Below are positions 26,869 to 36,559 of a DNA stretch of 64,000 nt, piece after piece. The translations under genes and the position numbers were made by a program. The notes below the pieces were generated by a model that saw only the letters and a list, made by a program, of their open reading frames with translations, searched no databases and was not told where the DNA came from. Source of the stretch: Waddlia chondrophila WSU 86-1044 (GTDB lineage Bacteria > Chlamydiota > Chlamydiia > Chlamydiales > CAMCWV01); NCBI GenBank assembly GCA_945882915.1, contig CAMCWV010000003.1, positions 64,785-128,784 on the forward strand, in the 5' to 3' direction. The stretch's first letter is position 1, and each line of letters begins with the position of its first letter.

Positions 26869-28248
26869 ATAACGGTCAACTACCTTCTTTGCCTGAATAA
26901 TGCAATCATTGACACCCACACCATAGAAGCTGTTACCAAGGAGCGTAAGCCTTGGAAAATGCTTCTTTATTTGCATCTCAATCGACTGAATGGTTGCTGT
27001 ATGCCCAACATAGTACTGCGGAATTGCCTGCTGCGCGATTCTCACAGCAATTCCTTTTGGCTTTTCTTTGATTTTGAGATGCTTGCTAACGGCCCTCAGC
27101 GCCATCTCGATACAATCTTGCTCAACATAATCAGAAAAATCCTCTATCTGATCTCCCCCGATCATCACGCTCAAACGGGTCTCTGCTGAATGGCGATTCT
27201 GCTGTGGAAAAACACAAGAATCCCAGACAACCCCCAAGACCTCTTCTTGCTCTTGCGTAGGGATAAGATGACCAAAGCCGCTTTTTGGCATAACGGCCCT
27301 ATCATACCCAAAGTTAACAACAGCTACGGATGCCGATGTGACACTTCGGAGCTGCTGAGCAATCGAAGGATGCAAAGAGCTAAACAGTGCTGCTAAAGCA
27401 TTTGAAGGAAGTGCCGAAACAACATAATCCGCACGCAAGACGCGGCCTTCATTTGCCTTGCAGACATCTACCTCGGCGCCCTCTTCTGTAAACCGAAGCG
27501 CCTGAACAGTTGTATCAAGAAGCACCTCGGCGTGGATCCTCTTTGCAAGACCTGTCACAAAAGACTCCATCCCCTCTTTAAAAGAGAAGATCCCTCCTTT
27601 TTGCAAGCGCCGGACAAATTCACTCATCCCTTCCTGAGAGCGCCCCTTCCGCTGAGCAAACGCCCCCTTCATAACAGATCCATACTCCTGCTCCCACTGG
27701 TGGATAGCAGGGAAGCAAGAGCGCATAGAAAGCTTGTGCGGATTTCCAGCAAATATCCCAAGCACGAGTGGATCTACAAATGTCTCAGCAATATGGGAAT
27801 TAAAACGGCGGCAAATGAAGTCATAAACAGTTTCGTCATCCCCTTCATATCGCTCAATAGAGCGCTCTCTAAAGAGACTCCCCATAACCCCTTTCGTCAA
27901 TGATGAGAACAAAAAAGAAAATGGCCCTGAGGGGATCTTCTGAAGCTTATCATTAACCCACAGATAGCGTTTTTTGGCATTGGCATCGGCAACAATCACC
28001 TCCCCTTCAAGACCCGCTTGTTCAATAAGCTTAAGAGTCTCTAGTCCACTTCCTTTTGAGCGGCACCCCCGAGGCCCCTGCTCAAAAAGAAAACTGTTCT
28101 GCTCAACAGTACGGATCCACCCTCCAAGACGAGAGCTTTTTTCAACGATGGTCACATGAATTGTGTCCCCAAATGTGCGCTGAAAAAACCAAGCCGTAGC
28201 AAGACCTGAGATTCCCCCGCCCAAAATGACTACGCTTTTCTGTTTCAT
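26848..28248 (-). CDS. hemY: Protoporphyrinogen oxidase (HemY type, FAD-dependent)
   Basis: 466 aa with VVILGGGISGLATAW and EKSSRLGGW. Last gene of the hemE-hemN-hemY string. Confidence 0.85.
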   Translation of the reverse strand: MKQKSVVILGGGISGLATAWFFQRTFGDTIHVTIVEKSSRLGGWIRTVEQNSFLFEQGPRGCRSKGSGLETLKLIEQAGLEGEVIVADANAKKRYLWVNDKLQKIPSGPFSFLFSSLTKGVMGSLFRERSIERYEGDDETVYDFICRRFNSHIAETFVDPLVLGIFAGNPHKLSMRSCFPAIHQWEQEYGSVMKGAFAQRKGRSQEGMSEFVRRLQKGGIFSFKEGMESFVTGLAKRIHAEVLLDTTVQALRFTEEGAEVDVCKANEGRVLRADYVVSALPSNALAALFSSLHPSIAQQLRSVTSASVAVVNFGYDRAVMPKSGFGHLIPTQEQEEVLGVVWDSCVFPQQNRHSAETRLSVMIGGDQIEDFSDYVEQDCIEMALRAVSKHLKIKEKPKGIAVRIAQQAIPQYYVGHTATIQSIEMQIKKHFPRLTLLGNSFYGVGVNDCIIQAKKVVDRYLPGFSC

Positions 28249-28271
28249 CCTGGTTATCCTGTTTTTCTTTG

Positions 28272-29675
28272 CTAAATGGCCTGGGAAAACATCCCTTGCG
28301 TCTCCTGCTTTTTAAGATAGGCATCAAAAACCATCGCAATATTGCGAATAAACAATTTTCCATAGGGCGTCGGAAGGAGCTTCTCTGGAGAGTTATTCAC
28401 TAACCCATCAGAGATGCAAATCTCTAAAGCTCTCTGATCGCCGGCAAAATATTGATCAAAATCAAGATTCCACTGCTTCTTGAAGACCTTTTTATCAAGC
28501 TCGAAATCACACATAAGTGTGTGAATGACCCACTTGCGGATCTTGTCATCAAGATTTAGGACCTTCCCACGAAAGACAGGCAATGCGCCAGCATCAAGAG
28601 CCTTGTAATACTCAGAAAGCTCCTTAAGATTCTGGAAATAGGCCTCTTGAACAAACCCAATTGAGGTCACCCCCATCGAGACAACATCTTCAGCAAGCTT
28701 TAACGAATAGCCCTGAAAATTCCTCTGCAAACGCTTCGTCAGATAGGCCTTAGCAAGCCCATCCTCTTGCAAGGCAAAGTGATCCATTCCAATTGCGACA
28801 TATCCATTTTCAAGAAAGGCCTTGCGCGCCTGAACATAAATCTTAAACTTCTCTTCTGTTGATGGGAGGGTTACCTCGTCGATTGCTTTTTGATGGGGCT
28901 TAAGCCATGGAATCTTTGCGTAAGAAAAAAGAGCCACTCGATCTGGGCGGAGGCCAATAATCTTTGTCAGGGTATCCTGAAAGGAGGTCACTGTTTGATA
29001 AGGCAATCCGTAAATAAGATCGAAGCTGATCCCTGTAAAACCAAGGCTTCTTGCTAGCTCATATGTTTCACGTGTCATTTCATACGTTTGACGCCGCTTC
29101 ACAGCTTCCTGAACTTTAGGGTCGGTATCTTGCACTCCAAAGCTCACACGGTTAAACCCGAGCCTTCGAAGCATCCGCAGCTTACTCCCACTGTCTTGAA
29201 CAACTGTGCGCGGGTCAATCTCGATTGAGAGCTCACCCGTTGGATCAATTTCAAAGACAGTCTGCAACTTCTCGTATAAACGGAGAAACAAAGCTTCGCT
29301 CAGCTTTGTTGGGGTCCCCCCTCCAAAGTGAAGCTGAACAACTTTTGGCGGAGAAGAAAAGCAAGAAGCTACGAGATCAATTTCTTTAATGAGATAATCA
29401 ATATAGCGGATCTCGTTTTCTTCTTTGCGATTAAGAATCACCGAGCAGCCACAAAACAGGCACATGCTCTCGCAAAAAGGGATATGGAAATAGAGGGATA
29501 AGGGGCGTCCAGAAGCAGCAAGCTCAAGAAGCTTTTCGCGGTAGGTAGCCACCGCACCTGCCCATGTTTCCCATTCAGGAGCTGTTGGATAGCTCGTATA
29601 GCGAGGCCCCGCCTTATTGAGCTTTATAAGCTGATGGTGGTCAACCTGATCTTGGTCGACAATCACTGTTTCCAT
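28272..29675 (-). CDS. hemN: Oxygen-independent coproporphyrinogen III oxidase (radical SAM)
   Basis: 467 aa. Motifs: PRYTSYPTA, LYFHIPFCESMCLFCGC, HFGGGTPT. Confidence 0.9.
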   Translation of the reverse strand: METVIVDQDQVDHHQLIKLNKAGPRYTSYPTAPEWETWAGAVATYREKLLELAASGRPLSLYFHIPFCESMCLFCGCSVILNRKEENEIRYIDYLIKEIDLVASCFSSPPKVVQLHFGGGTPTKLSEALFLRLYEKLQTVFEIDPTGELSIEIDPRTVVQDSGSKLRMLRRLGFNRVSFGVQDTDPKVQEAVKRRQTYEMTRETYELARSLGFTGISFDLIYGLPYQTVTSFQDTLTKIIGLRPDRVALFSYAKIPWLKPHQKAIDEVTLPSTEEKFKIYVQARKAFLENGYVAIGMDHFALQEDGLAKAYLTKRLQRNFQGYSLKLAEDVVSMGVTSIGFVQEAYFQNLKELSEYYKALDAGALPVFRGKVLNLDDKIRKWVIHTLMCDFELDKKVFKKQWNLDFDQYFAGDQRALEICISDGLVNNSPEKLLPTPYGKLFIRNIAMVFDAYLKKQETQGMFSQAI

Positions 29676-29770
29676 CCTTGTACCTCTTATTTTTGGTAAC
29701 GCACTCTAGCAAGAAGCTGATTTTTAAAAAACAAAGTTTACGAACACGCCTTTCAGCTCAAAGACGCATA

Positions 29771-30035
29771 GAAAAAAGAGAAGAGAGAGAAATACAGGAA
29801 GAGGACAGGCAGGATAGCCTTCGGCTGCAGGATAAAAAACAGGATAATGGATTTTTTGAAACACAGAGAACACAGAGAAAATGCAGAGAGAGATATAACT
29901 AAAAAAACAGAAACTAGCCCCCCTCTTTCTCTGTGTTCTCTGTGTTTCAAAAATAAAAATTATTTCAGCCTGTTTTTATCCTGCCTATCCTGTTCCTTTA
30001 TTTCTTTCTCTCTTTTTTCTCTGTGGCTCTGTGGT
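29771..30035. repeat. PE-B (CACAGAG / CAGGATA type) large imperfect palindrome between hemE and hemN
   Basis: The left arm ...GGATAGCCTTCGGCTGCAGGATAAAAAACAGGATA..TTTGAAACACAGAGAACACAGAGAAA is mirrored by TTTCTCTGTGTTCTCTGTGTTTCAAA..CCTGTTTTTATCCTGCCTATCCTG. Confidence 0.8.
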
Positions 30036-30053
30036 AAAAATCCCCACTTGTGA

Positions 30054-31106
30054 CTATGAGCTTTTGACACACTCAACAAGGAGCTTAACAGAATCAACAG
30101 GGGTGCCTGGCTGAAGGCCATGACCAAGATTGAATATGTACCCCGGATGCCCCTTCATCTGATTAAGAAGGCGGTTTGCCTCCTCGCGAATAGACTCCTG
30201 AGGACCATACAAAGCAAAGGGGTCGATGTTTCCCTGCAAAGCGAGTTTAGAATTAGGGCAATTAGAGCTGAGCTGGTTACGCAGATGAAGAAGATCCACA
30301 TTCCAATCAACACTAATAGCCGCTGGGTTTAGCTCTGCAAGCTGCGTCCCAAAAAGCAAGGAGCCCCTCGCAAACAAAATTACAGGGACGCCAGAAGGGC
30401 GTACAGCATCGACAATCTCTTTGAGCCAAGGAAGAGCGAACTTTCTAAACTGAGCTTGACTAAGCACGTAACCTGTCGACTCGAAAATCTGAAGAGCTGC
30501 AACACCTGCATCAATTTGCATCTGAAGATAATCGATGGTTACCTTTGTGACTTTTGCAAGGAGTCGATGGATAGTGGCAGCATCGGCATGCATCCACTTG
30601 CGAAAGTGGGCAAGATCAGGAGAGGACTTCCCCTCTACCATATAGCCTGCAACCGTGAACGGGCCACCGCAGAAACCGATGAGAGGCACTTTTAGGTCAG
30701 GAGTCAGAAAGTCAATCGTCTTCTTGACGTAACCCAGAGTTTCTCTGACATCAACGCTATCTGGCAGCGCTTTAACATCAACAGCTGTCCGAACTGGTCT
30801 ATCAATAACAGGCCCTTTAACCGGCCCTGGGCCTTCTACAAACTTAAGGCCAACACCCATAGCTTCTGCAACAAGAAGGATGTCTGCAAAAAGAATTGCC
30901 GCGTCAACACCAAGAATATCGATAGGCTGTTTGGTGATCTCGGCGGCAACTTCAGAGTTATGGAACATCTCTATCAGAGAGTGCTTCTTCCGGATTTCTC
31001 GATACTCAGGCAAGTACCTGCCCGCCTGTCTCATGAACCATACGGGAGGGCGAGATTTGTTCTTGCATCCCAAAGCATCTAAAAGCAATCGATTCATTAG
31101 AACCAT
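30054..31106 (-). CDS. hemE: Uroporphyrinogen decarboxylase
   Basis: 350 aa. Motifs: PPVWFMRQAGRYLPEYREI, IFESTG. Confidence 0.9.
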   Translation of the reverse strand: MVLMNRLLLDALGCKNKSRPPVWFMRQAGRYLPEYREIRKKHSLIEMFHNSEVAAEITKQPIDILGVDAAILFADILLVAEAMGVGLKFVEGPGPVKGPVIDRPVRTAVDVKALPDSVDVRETLGYVKKTIDFLTPDLKVPLIGFCGGPFTVAGYMVEGKSSPDLAHFRKWMHADAATIHRLLAKVTKVTIDYLQMQIDAGVAALQIFESTGYVLSQAQFRKFALPWLKEIVDAVRPSGVPVILFARGSLLFGTQLAELNPAAISVDWNVDLLHLRNQLSSNCPNSKLALQGNIDPFALYGPQESIREEANRLLNQMKGHPGYIFNLGHGLQPGTPVDSVKLLVECVKSS

Positions 31107-31135
31107 TATTGTTCACCATAAAGAGTTAAAGATTT

Positions 31136-31388
31136 TCACCACAGAGTCACAGAGAAAATAGAGAGGAATACAGGAACAGGATAGCCTTCGGCTGCAGGAT
31201 AAAAAACAGGATATTGAACTTTTTGAAACACAGAGAACACAGAGGAAATAGAGAAAGAGAGTGGTTCTAGTTCCGATTTTCAGCTACGAGGAGTATATTT
31301 TTCTCTGCGTTCTCTGTGTTTCAAAAACAAAAACTATTTTATCCTGTTTTTATCCTGGAGCCAAAGACTATCCTGCCCATCCTGTTCC
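31136..31388. repeat. PE-B large palindrome between the tkt stop and the hemE start
   Basis: Same arms as 29771-30035, with a PE-A fragment in the centre. Confidence 0.8.
31266..31297. repeat. PE-A right-arm fragment nested in the centre of a PE-B palindrome
   Basis: TCTAGTTCCGATTTTCAGCTACGAGGAGTATA. Confidence 0.75.
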
Positions 31389-31513
31389 TATACTCCTCTT
31401 AGCTGAAAACGGGAATTTGGACGGCGCCAAAGCCCCGGGGCTGAACGACCGCAAGTGCCCTTTGTATTTCTAATACTAAGGGCACTTACGATCGCTCAGC
31501 CGCCGGAGCTTTT
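31389..31513. repeat. PE-A long form, right arm truncated; runs into the tkt stop codon
   Basis: Left TIR, GC module and inner TGAACGACCGCAAGTGCCC...GGGCACTTACGATCGCTCA hairpin are present. The element ends in GCCGCCGGAGCTTTTG. Confidence 0.85.
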
Positions 31514-33511
31514 GCTGAGGAGGCGATCGATGATGGAGTCGATATTGAAACCAAACTCTTGAGCAAGCGCTCCTGCAGGAGCCGAAGCCCCAAAGCTCTG
31601 CATGCAAATCGCAATGCCATCTAACCCGATGTATTTGTGCCAGCCAAGCTCAACGCCCGCTTCAATGCAAACGCGCTGTCCAAGATTACCGCCGACAACG
31701 CTCTTGCGATAGTCTGCATCTTGCGCTTCAAATAGCTCCCAGCAAGGCATTGAAACAACACGTACTGCCTTTCCAAACACCCTTTTAAGCTTCTCGGCAA
31801 CATCCATCGCTAAGGTCAACTCGGATCCAGTAGCGAAAAGAGTGAAGTCTGGGGTGGAGGATTCGCTCTTTACAATATAAGCACCGCGCCCAACCCCTTT
31901 TTCAAAAGGAACTCTAGTTACAGGAAGCTCTGGAAGGGCCTGCCTTGAAAGAATAAGCGCTGTGGGGCCAGAATAACGAAGCGCCGCAATCCAGGCCATT
32001 TTAACTTCATTATTATCTGCAGGACGAATCACCTGAAGGTTAGGAATCGCACGCAAAGAAGCTATATGCTCTACAGGTTGGTGCGTAGGACCATCTTCTC
32101 CTAAAAGGATAGAATCGTGTGTAAATAGGTAGATCACCTGCACTTTAGAAAGTGCTGCAAGCCTAATAGCGTTGCGCATGTAATCAGAAAAAGTCAGAAA
32201 TGTTCCAATATAGGGAATGATCATCTGCGTTTGAGCAAGACCTGCTGCCATTGCTGCCATTCCAAATTCTCTGACGCCGTACTTAATATTTCTTCCTTTG
32301 AAGTTCTTAGCGGCTACCACTCCAAACTTATTGTGAGGCTGCATCATCGTCATATCTGAACAAGAAAGATCGGCAGAGCCGCCATATATCTGAGGAAGCA
32401 TTCCTCCCAACATGTTTAATACTTCGTTAGAGGCTGTTCTTCCCGCTAGCGCTTGCTTCATAGGGATCTGCTCAAGTTTAGCCTCGAGATCTACTGGCAG
32501 CAATTTAGTTTGCATGACCACAAAGTCCCGGCTGAGCTCAGGGTTTACTGCTTTCCAATCATCAAATCTCTTTTTCCACACCTCTTCTTGAGCGGCGTCA
32601 GCCGCTCTCTTCTTTTCAAAAAACGTGTAAACAGCATGGGGAACGTAAAAGTCCTCTTCAGAAAGTCCCAGACTTTGCTTTGATTTTAAGAGCTCTTCTG
32701 GCCCTAGCGGTGAGCCATGCGCCTTAGATGAGCCCGCTTTATTTGGAGAGCCTTTGCCAATAATTGTTCGCATCTCGATAAAAGCTGGCCGCTCCTGGTG
32801 TTTGCGGAGCTTATTAAATAACGAGTCCATCCCTTCCCAATCATATCCATCAAGCTCGTAGACTTCCCAGCCGTAGGACTTATAACGGGCTTTAGTGTCT
32901 TCTGAGCACGACTCAGAAAGGGGGCCGTCTAATGACACCTTATTAGCATCATGAACAAGAATCAAATTGTTGAGGTTTAGATGACCTGCAAGTGAAGAGA
33001 CTTCTGAAGAGATCCCTTCCATGATACACCCGTCACCTGCCAAACAAACGACTTTAGAGGTAAACAAGGCGTGCTTTTCTGTATTAAATTTAGCCGCAAG
33101 AAGCTTTAGCCCGAGCGCTTGCCCTGCAGCATTCCCAACCCCCTGTCCTAGAGGACCTGTCGTCGCCTCTACGCCTTCAGTATGGTGCAATTCTGGGTGA
33201 CCAGGTGTGCGGGAGTGGAGCTTGCGAAAGTTCTTTATTTCGTCGATTGAAAGATCAAAGCCTGAGAGGTGTAAAGCCGAATAGAGCAGCATGCACCCAT
33301 GGCCAGCTGAAAGAATAAAGCGATCGCGGTTCAGCCACTGGGAATCTTTAGGATTGTGGCGCAAAAAAGATCCGTACAAATAAGCGGCAAATTCTGCGCA
33401 GCCCATTGGCATGCCAGGATGGCCCGAGTTAGCTTTCTGTACAGCGTCGATGGAAAGGCCCCTGATGGCTCCTGCAATTTTTTCTAAACTCGTTTTTAGC
33501 TCTGGTGTCAT
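31496..33511 (-). CDS. tkt: Transketolase
   Basis: Trimmed to the ATG at 33511 (MTPELKTSLEKIAGAIRGLSIDAVQKANSGHPGMPMG). Motifs GHGCMLLY and GDGCIMEG. The upstream 29 codons of the track ORF are not conserved-looking. Confidence 0.95.
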   Translation of the reverse strand: MTPELKTSLEKIAGAIRGLSIDAVQKANSGHPGMPMGCAEFAAYLYGSFLRHNPKDSQWLNRDRFILSAGHGCMLLYSALHLSGFDLSIDEIKNFRKLHSRTPGHPELHHTEGVEATTGPLGQGVGNAAGQALGLKLLAAKFNTEKHALFTSKVVCLAGDGCIMEGISSEVSSLAGHLNLNNLILVHDANKVSLDGPLSESCSEDTKARYKSYGWEVYELDGYDWEGMDSLFNKLRKHQERPAFIEMRTIIGKGSPNKAGSSKAHGSPLGPEELLKSKQSLGLSEEDFYVPHAVYTFFEKKRAADAAQEEVWKKRFDDWKAVNPELSRDFVVMQTKLLPVDLEAKLEQIPMKQALAGRTASNEVLNMLGGMLPQIYGGSADLSCSDMTMMQPHNKFGVVAAKNFKGRNIKYGVREFGMAAMAAGLAQTQMIIPYIGTFLTFSDYMRNAIRLAALSKVQVIYLFTHDSILLGEDGPTHQPVEHIASLRAIPNLQVIRPADNNEVKMAWIAALRYSGPTALILSRQALPELPVTRVPFEKGVGRGAYIVKSESSTPDFTLFATGSELTLAMDVAEKLKRVFGKAVRVVSMPCWELFEAQDADYRKSVVGGNLGQRVCIEAGVELGWHKYIGLDGIAICMQSFGASAPAGALAQEFGFNIDSIIDRLLSKSSGG

Positions 33512-33655
33512 TAGATTCCGCACTCTATAAAAGGTTATACTCTTTTCAAAAACTTTAACGCTATCCCTCCAAATCTCACAAGAGAAAACCCTATACAAGA
33601 GAAAATCCTATAATTTAGCCTCTGTGGTGGGAAAAGGGTTCTATCTGATAGGCTC

Positions 33656-33737
33656 TATACTCCTCGTAGCTGAAAATGGGAACTTGGACGGCGCCAAAGC
33701 CCCGTCCAAGTTCCCATTTTCAGCTACGAGGAGTATA
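33656..33737. repeat. PE-A short form
   Basis: Near-perfect palindrome TATACTCCTCGTAGCTGAAAATGGGAACTTGGACGGCGCCAAAGCCCCGTCCAAGTTCCCATTTTCAGCTACGAGGAGTATA between the tkt and alaS starts. Confidence 0.9.
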
Positions 33738-33769
33738 TTTACTTTTTGTTCAACCCCCTTAATTGTTTC

Positions 33770-36412
33770 ATGTTAACACAAACTATTCGCCGCAAGTTTT
33801 TAGAATACTTTAAGAAACAGGGACACGCCGTTGTCGCCTCATCATCTGTTGTTCCCCATGATGACCCGACGCTGCTCTTTAACAACGCCGGCATGAATCA
33901 GTTCAAAGACCTCTTTCTAGGAAAGAGCCTCCGCGACTACAAGCGTGCAACCACCTCTCAAAAATGTATCCGTGCAGGCGGCAAACACAACGACCTAGAG
34001 AACGTCGGGCACACTTCTCGCCATACGACCTTCTTTGAAATGCTCGGCAACTTCTCTTTTGGAGACTACTTTAAAAAAGATGCCATCCGCTTTGCATGGG
34101 AAGTCTCTACTCTGGTGTTCGAGCTCGACTCCGAAAAAATATGGGTTACCGTCTTCGAAAAGGACGACGAAGCTGCTAAACTTTGGGAAGCGCACATCTC
34201 AACTGCACGCATCGTTAGATTTGGAGAGAAAGAAAACTTCTGGGCGATGGGCGATACTGGTCCTTGCGGCCCTTGCTCCGAGCTCCTTTATGACAGAGGC
34301 CCTCAATATGGAACAGCGACAACTCCTCTGGAAGACACCGATGGAGAGCGCTTTTTAGAGTTTTGGAACCTCGTATTCATGCAATACAACCGTCAGCCCT
34401 CGGGAGAGCTTCTTCCCCTTCCAAAGCCCTCAATTGACACAGGCGCTGGGCTCGAAAGAATCCTTTCTCTGAAGATGCACGTCCCGACAGTCTTTCAAAC
34501 AGACGTCTTCAGGAGCCTTATTGACCAGGTAGAGCAAATCTCTGGCGTTCAATACGACCCTAAAAACAGAACTCTAGCTCCCGCTTTTAATGTGATTGCC
34601 GACCACATCCGCACACTCTCGTTTGCCATTGCAGATGGAGCGCAGCCAAGCAACGTCGACAGAGGCTATGTTCTACGAAAAATCTTGCGCAGAGCTGTAC
34701 GGTACGGAAGAAGCCTCGGCATGGAAGAGCCTTTCCTTGCGAAAGTCTTGCCACGCCTCGTTGAAATCATGGGGACTGACTATCCAGAGCTTAAAAAAGC
34801 AGAAAAGCGAATCGCCGAAATCTTAACAAACGAAGAAGAAAGCTTTATTCAGACCCTTCGCAGAGGTGGGAACCTGCTTAATACAATCATTAGCAGAGCG
34901 CAGCAGCATCAACACCGCATTACAGGCGACGAGTCCTTTAAGCTTAAAGACACTTACGGCTTTCCAATTGACGAGACGCTCTTGCTTGCTAAAGACGCAG
35001 GACTTACCGTCGACATCGAACGGTACAAAACGCTTGAAAACGAAGCAAGAGAGCGCTCACGTGCGGCCCACAAGAGCGTTCAGCAAATTGCCTCTCAAAT
35101 GCTCTACGAAGACCTTTTGAAGCACAGCGGCGCTACAACAATGCTCTGCTACACACAAAAAGAGGCAGGCACTCCAGCAAACGCTACCATCACAGCGATT
35201 GTCGTCAATGGAGAGTTTGTCCAAAAGATGACAGAAGGGGAAGAAGGGATGGTCATCCTCAACCAAACACCTTTTTATCCCGAGATGGGCGGTCAGGTTG
35301 GTGATATGGGGGTCCTCACCAATGGGACTAATGCTTTTGATGTTTACGACTGCAACGCCCCTTTTACAGGGATCATTACCCACCTCGGGAAGCTCACCCA
35401 CGGAGAGCTAAATGTAGGAGCGCCGATCACAGCGACTATCGATACGCATCGGCGTCAAAGAATTGCAAATAACCACACAGCAACTCACCTTCTTCATTGG
35501 GCGCTCCATGAGGTTCTCGGAGAGCACGTCCGCCAGGCAGGGTCTGTCGTAGAACCAGAGCGTTTGCGCTTTGACTTCAGCCACCACAAAGGATTGACAC
35601 CTCAAGAAATTAAGCGCGTTGAAGACCTCGTCAACACAAAAGTCCGTGAAAACCAATTTGTCTCAGCCTATGAGCTGAAGTACGAAGATGTTCAAAAGCG
35701 CAAAGACATTAAACAGTTCTTTGGCGAAAAATATGGAAACACCGTCCGGGTCATTGACATTGACTACTGCAAAGAGCTTTGCGGGGGCACTCACACAAAA
35801 CAAGTCGGCACCATTGGCCTCTTCCGGATTGCTAAAGAAGGGAGCGTCTCTGCAGGGATGCGCCGCATCGAAGCTGTGACTGGCATTGAAGCCGAAGAAA
35901 TGGCTAGAGCAAGCGACCAGATCATTCAAAGCTTGCAAGAGCTTCTTAAAGCACAACGCCCCGACATTGGAGAAAAAATCACCAAGCTTGTTGAAGAGAA
36001 CAAGCAGCTAGAACAAGAGCTCAAAAAGGCCAAAAAAGCTGGAATGGGAGATGTGTTAACCTCTCTTCTAACAAACGTCCTTCAAATCAAAGGCATTGCT
36101 GTTCTGACTACAAAAGTAGCGGCTGACGCAGAGGAGCTCCAAGCTCTTGCTGATGGGCTCATGGAAAAAATGAAGTCCGGTGTTTTGGTCCTTGCAGCCA
36201 TTGCAGACGAGAAAAAATGCCAAGTGCTCGTAAGAGTTAGCCCAGACGTTGTTGTAAAAGGGATTAAGGCAAATGAGATCATCAAAGCAATTGCTCCGCT
36301 AATTGAAGGTGGTGGCGGCGGCAAGGCTGACTCTGCACAAGCTGGAGGCAAAGCCCCTCAACGACTGGAAGAGGCTTTCACCAAAGTACAGCAGCATGTT
36401 GCCAGCATCTAA
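33770..36412 (+). CDS. alaS: Alanine--tRNA ligase
   Basis: Trimmed to the ATG at 33770 ([19 protein letters not shown]). Motifs: [10 protein letters not shown], the HTATHLLH editing motif, and the C-terminal [14 protein letters not shown]. Confidence 0.95.
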   Translation: MLTQTIRRKFLEYFKKQGHAVVASSSVVPHDDPTLLFNNAGMNQFKDLFLGKSLRDYKRATTSQKCIRAGGKHNDLENVGHTSRHTTFFEMLGNFSFGDYFKKDAIRFAWEVSTLVFELDSEKIWVTVFEKDDEAAKLWEAHISTARIVRFGEKENFWAMGDTGPCGPCSELLYDRGPQYGTATTPLEDTDGERFLEFWNLVFMQYNRQPSGELLPLPKPSIDTGAGLERILSLKMHVPTVFQTDVFRSLIDQVEQISGVQYDPKNRTLAPAFNVIADHIRTLSFAIADGAQPSNVDRGYVLRKILRRAVRYGRSLGMEEPFLAKVLPRLVEIMGTDYPELKKAEKRIAEILTNEEESFIQTLRRGGNLLNTIISRAQQHQHRITGDESFKLKDTYGFPIDETLLLAKDAGLTVDIERYKTLENEARERSRAAHKSVQQIASQMLYEDLLKHSGATTMLCYTQKEAGTPANATITAIVVNGEFVQKMTEGEEGMVILNQTPFYPEMGGQVGDMGVLTNGTNAFDVYDCNAPFTGIITHLGKLTHGELNVGAPITATIDTHRRQRIANNHTATHLLHWALHEVLGEHVRQAGSVVEPERLRFDFSHHKGLTPQEIKRVEDLVNTKVRENQFVSAYELKYEDVQKRKDIKQFFGEKYGNTVRVIDIDYCKELCGGTHTKQVGTIGLFRIAKEGSVSAGMRRIEAVTGIEAEEMARASDQIIQSLQELLKAQRPDIGEKITKLVEENKQLEQELKKAKKAGMGDVLTSLLTNVLQIKGIAVLTTKVAADAEELQALADGLMEKMKSGVLVLAAIADEKKCQVLVRVSPDVVVKGIKANEIIKAIAPLIEGGGGGKADSAQAGGKAPQRLEEAFTKVQQHVASI

Positions 36413-36448
36413 AACGCCTTAAACACCCCCGGAGCAAGAATAAATACA

Positions 36449-36497
36449 TTCAACGCAAAGATGCAAAGAATAATATTTTTTGCGTCTTTGCGTTGAA
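36449..36497 (+). repeat. Hairpin built from the TTCAACGCAAAGATGCA motif, 37 nt after the alaS stop
   Basis: TTCAACGCAAAGATGCA ... TGCGTCTTTGCGTTGAA (17-bp arms, 1 mismatch). Confidence 0.7.
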
Positions 36498-36559
36498 TAA
36501 TTCCTTTTCTCATCCCTCTTATACCTCTGTGGTGAAATACTATAAAAAATTGATAAATT

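Noticed and set aside
29678-30053. ORFs 29678-29902, 29753-29950 and 29847-30053 between hemN and hemE
   Set aside because: All three mutually overlapping frames lie in the PE-B palindrome. The peptides (REHRE..., SLCSLCFK) are translations of the CACAGAG repeats and recur at other PE-B copies.
33512-33598. Upstream extensions of tkt (to 33598), alaS (TTG at 33746) and htpG (44943)
   Set aside because: The extensions are not part of the conserved N-termini of these families, and a canonical ATG sits exactly where the homologous proteins begin (33511, 33770, 45075). The htpG extension also crosses PE-B repeat DNA.
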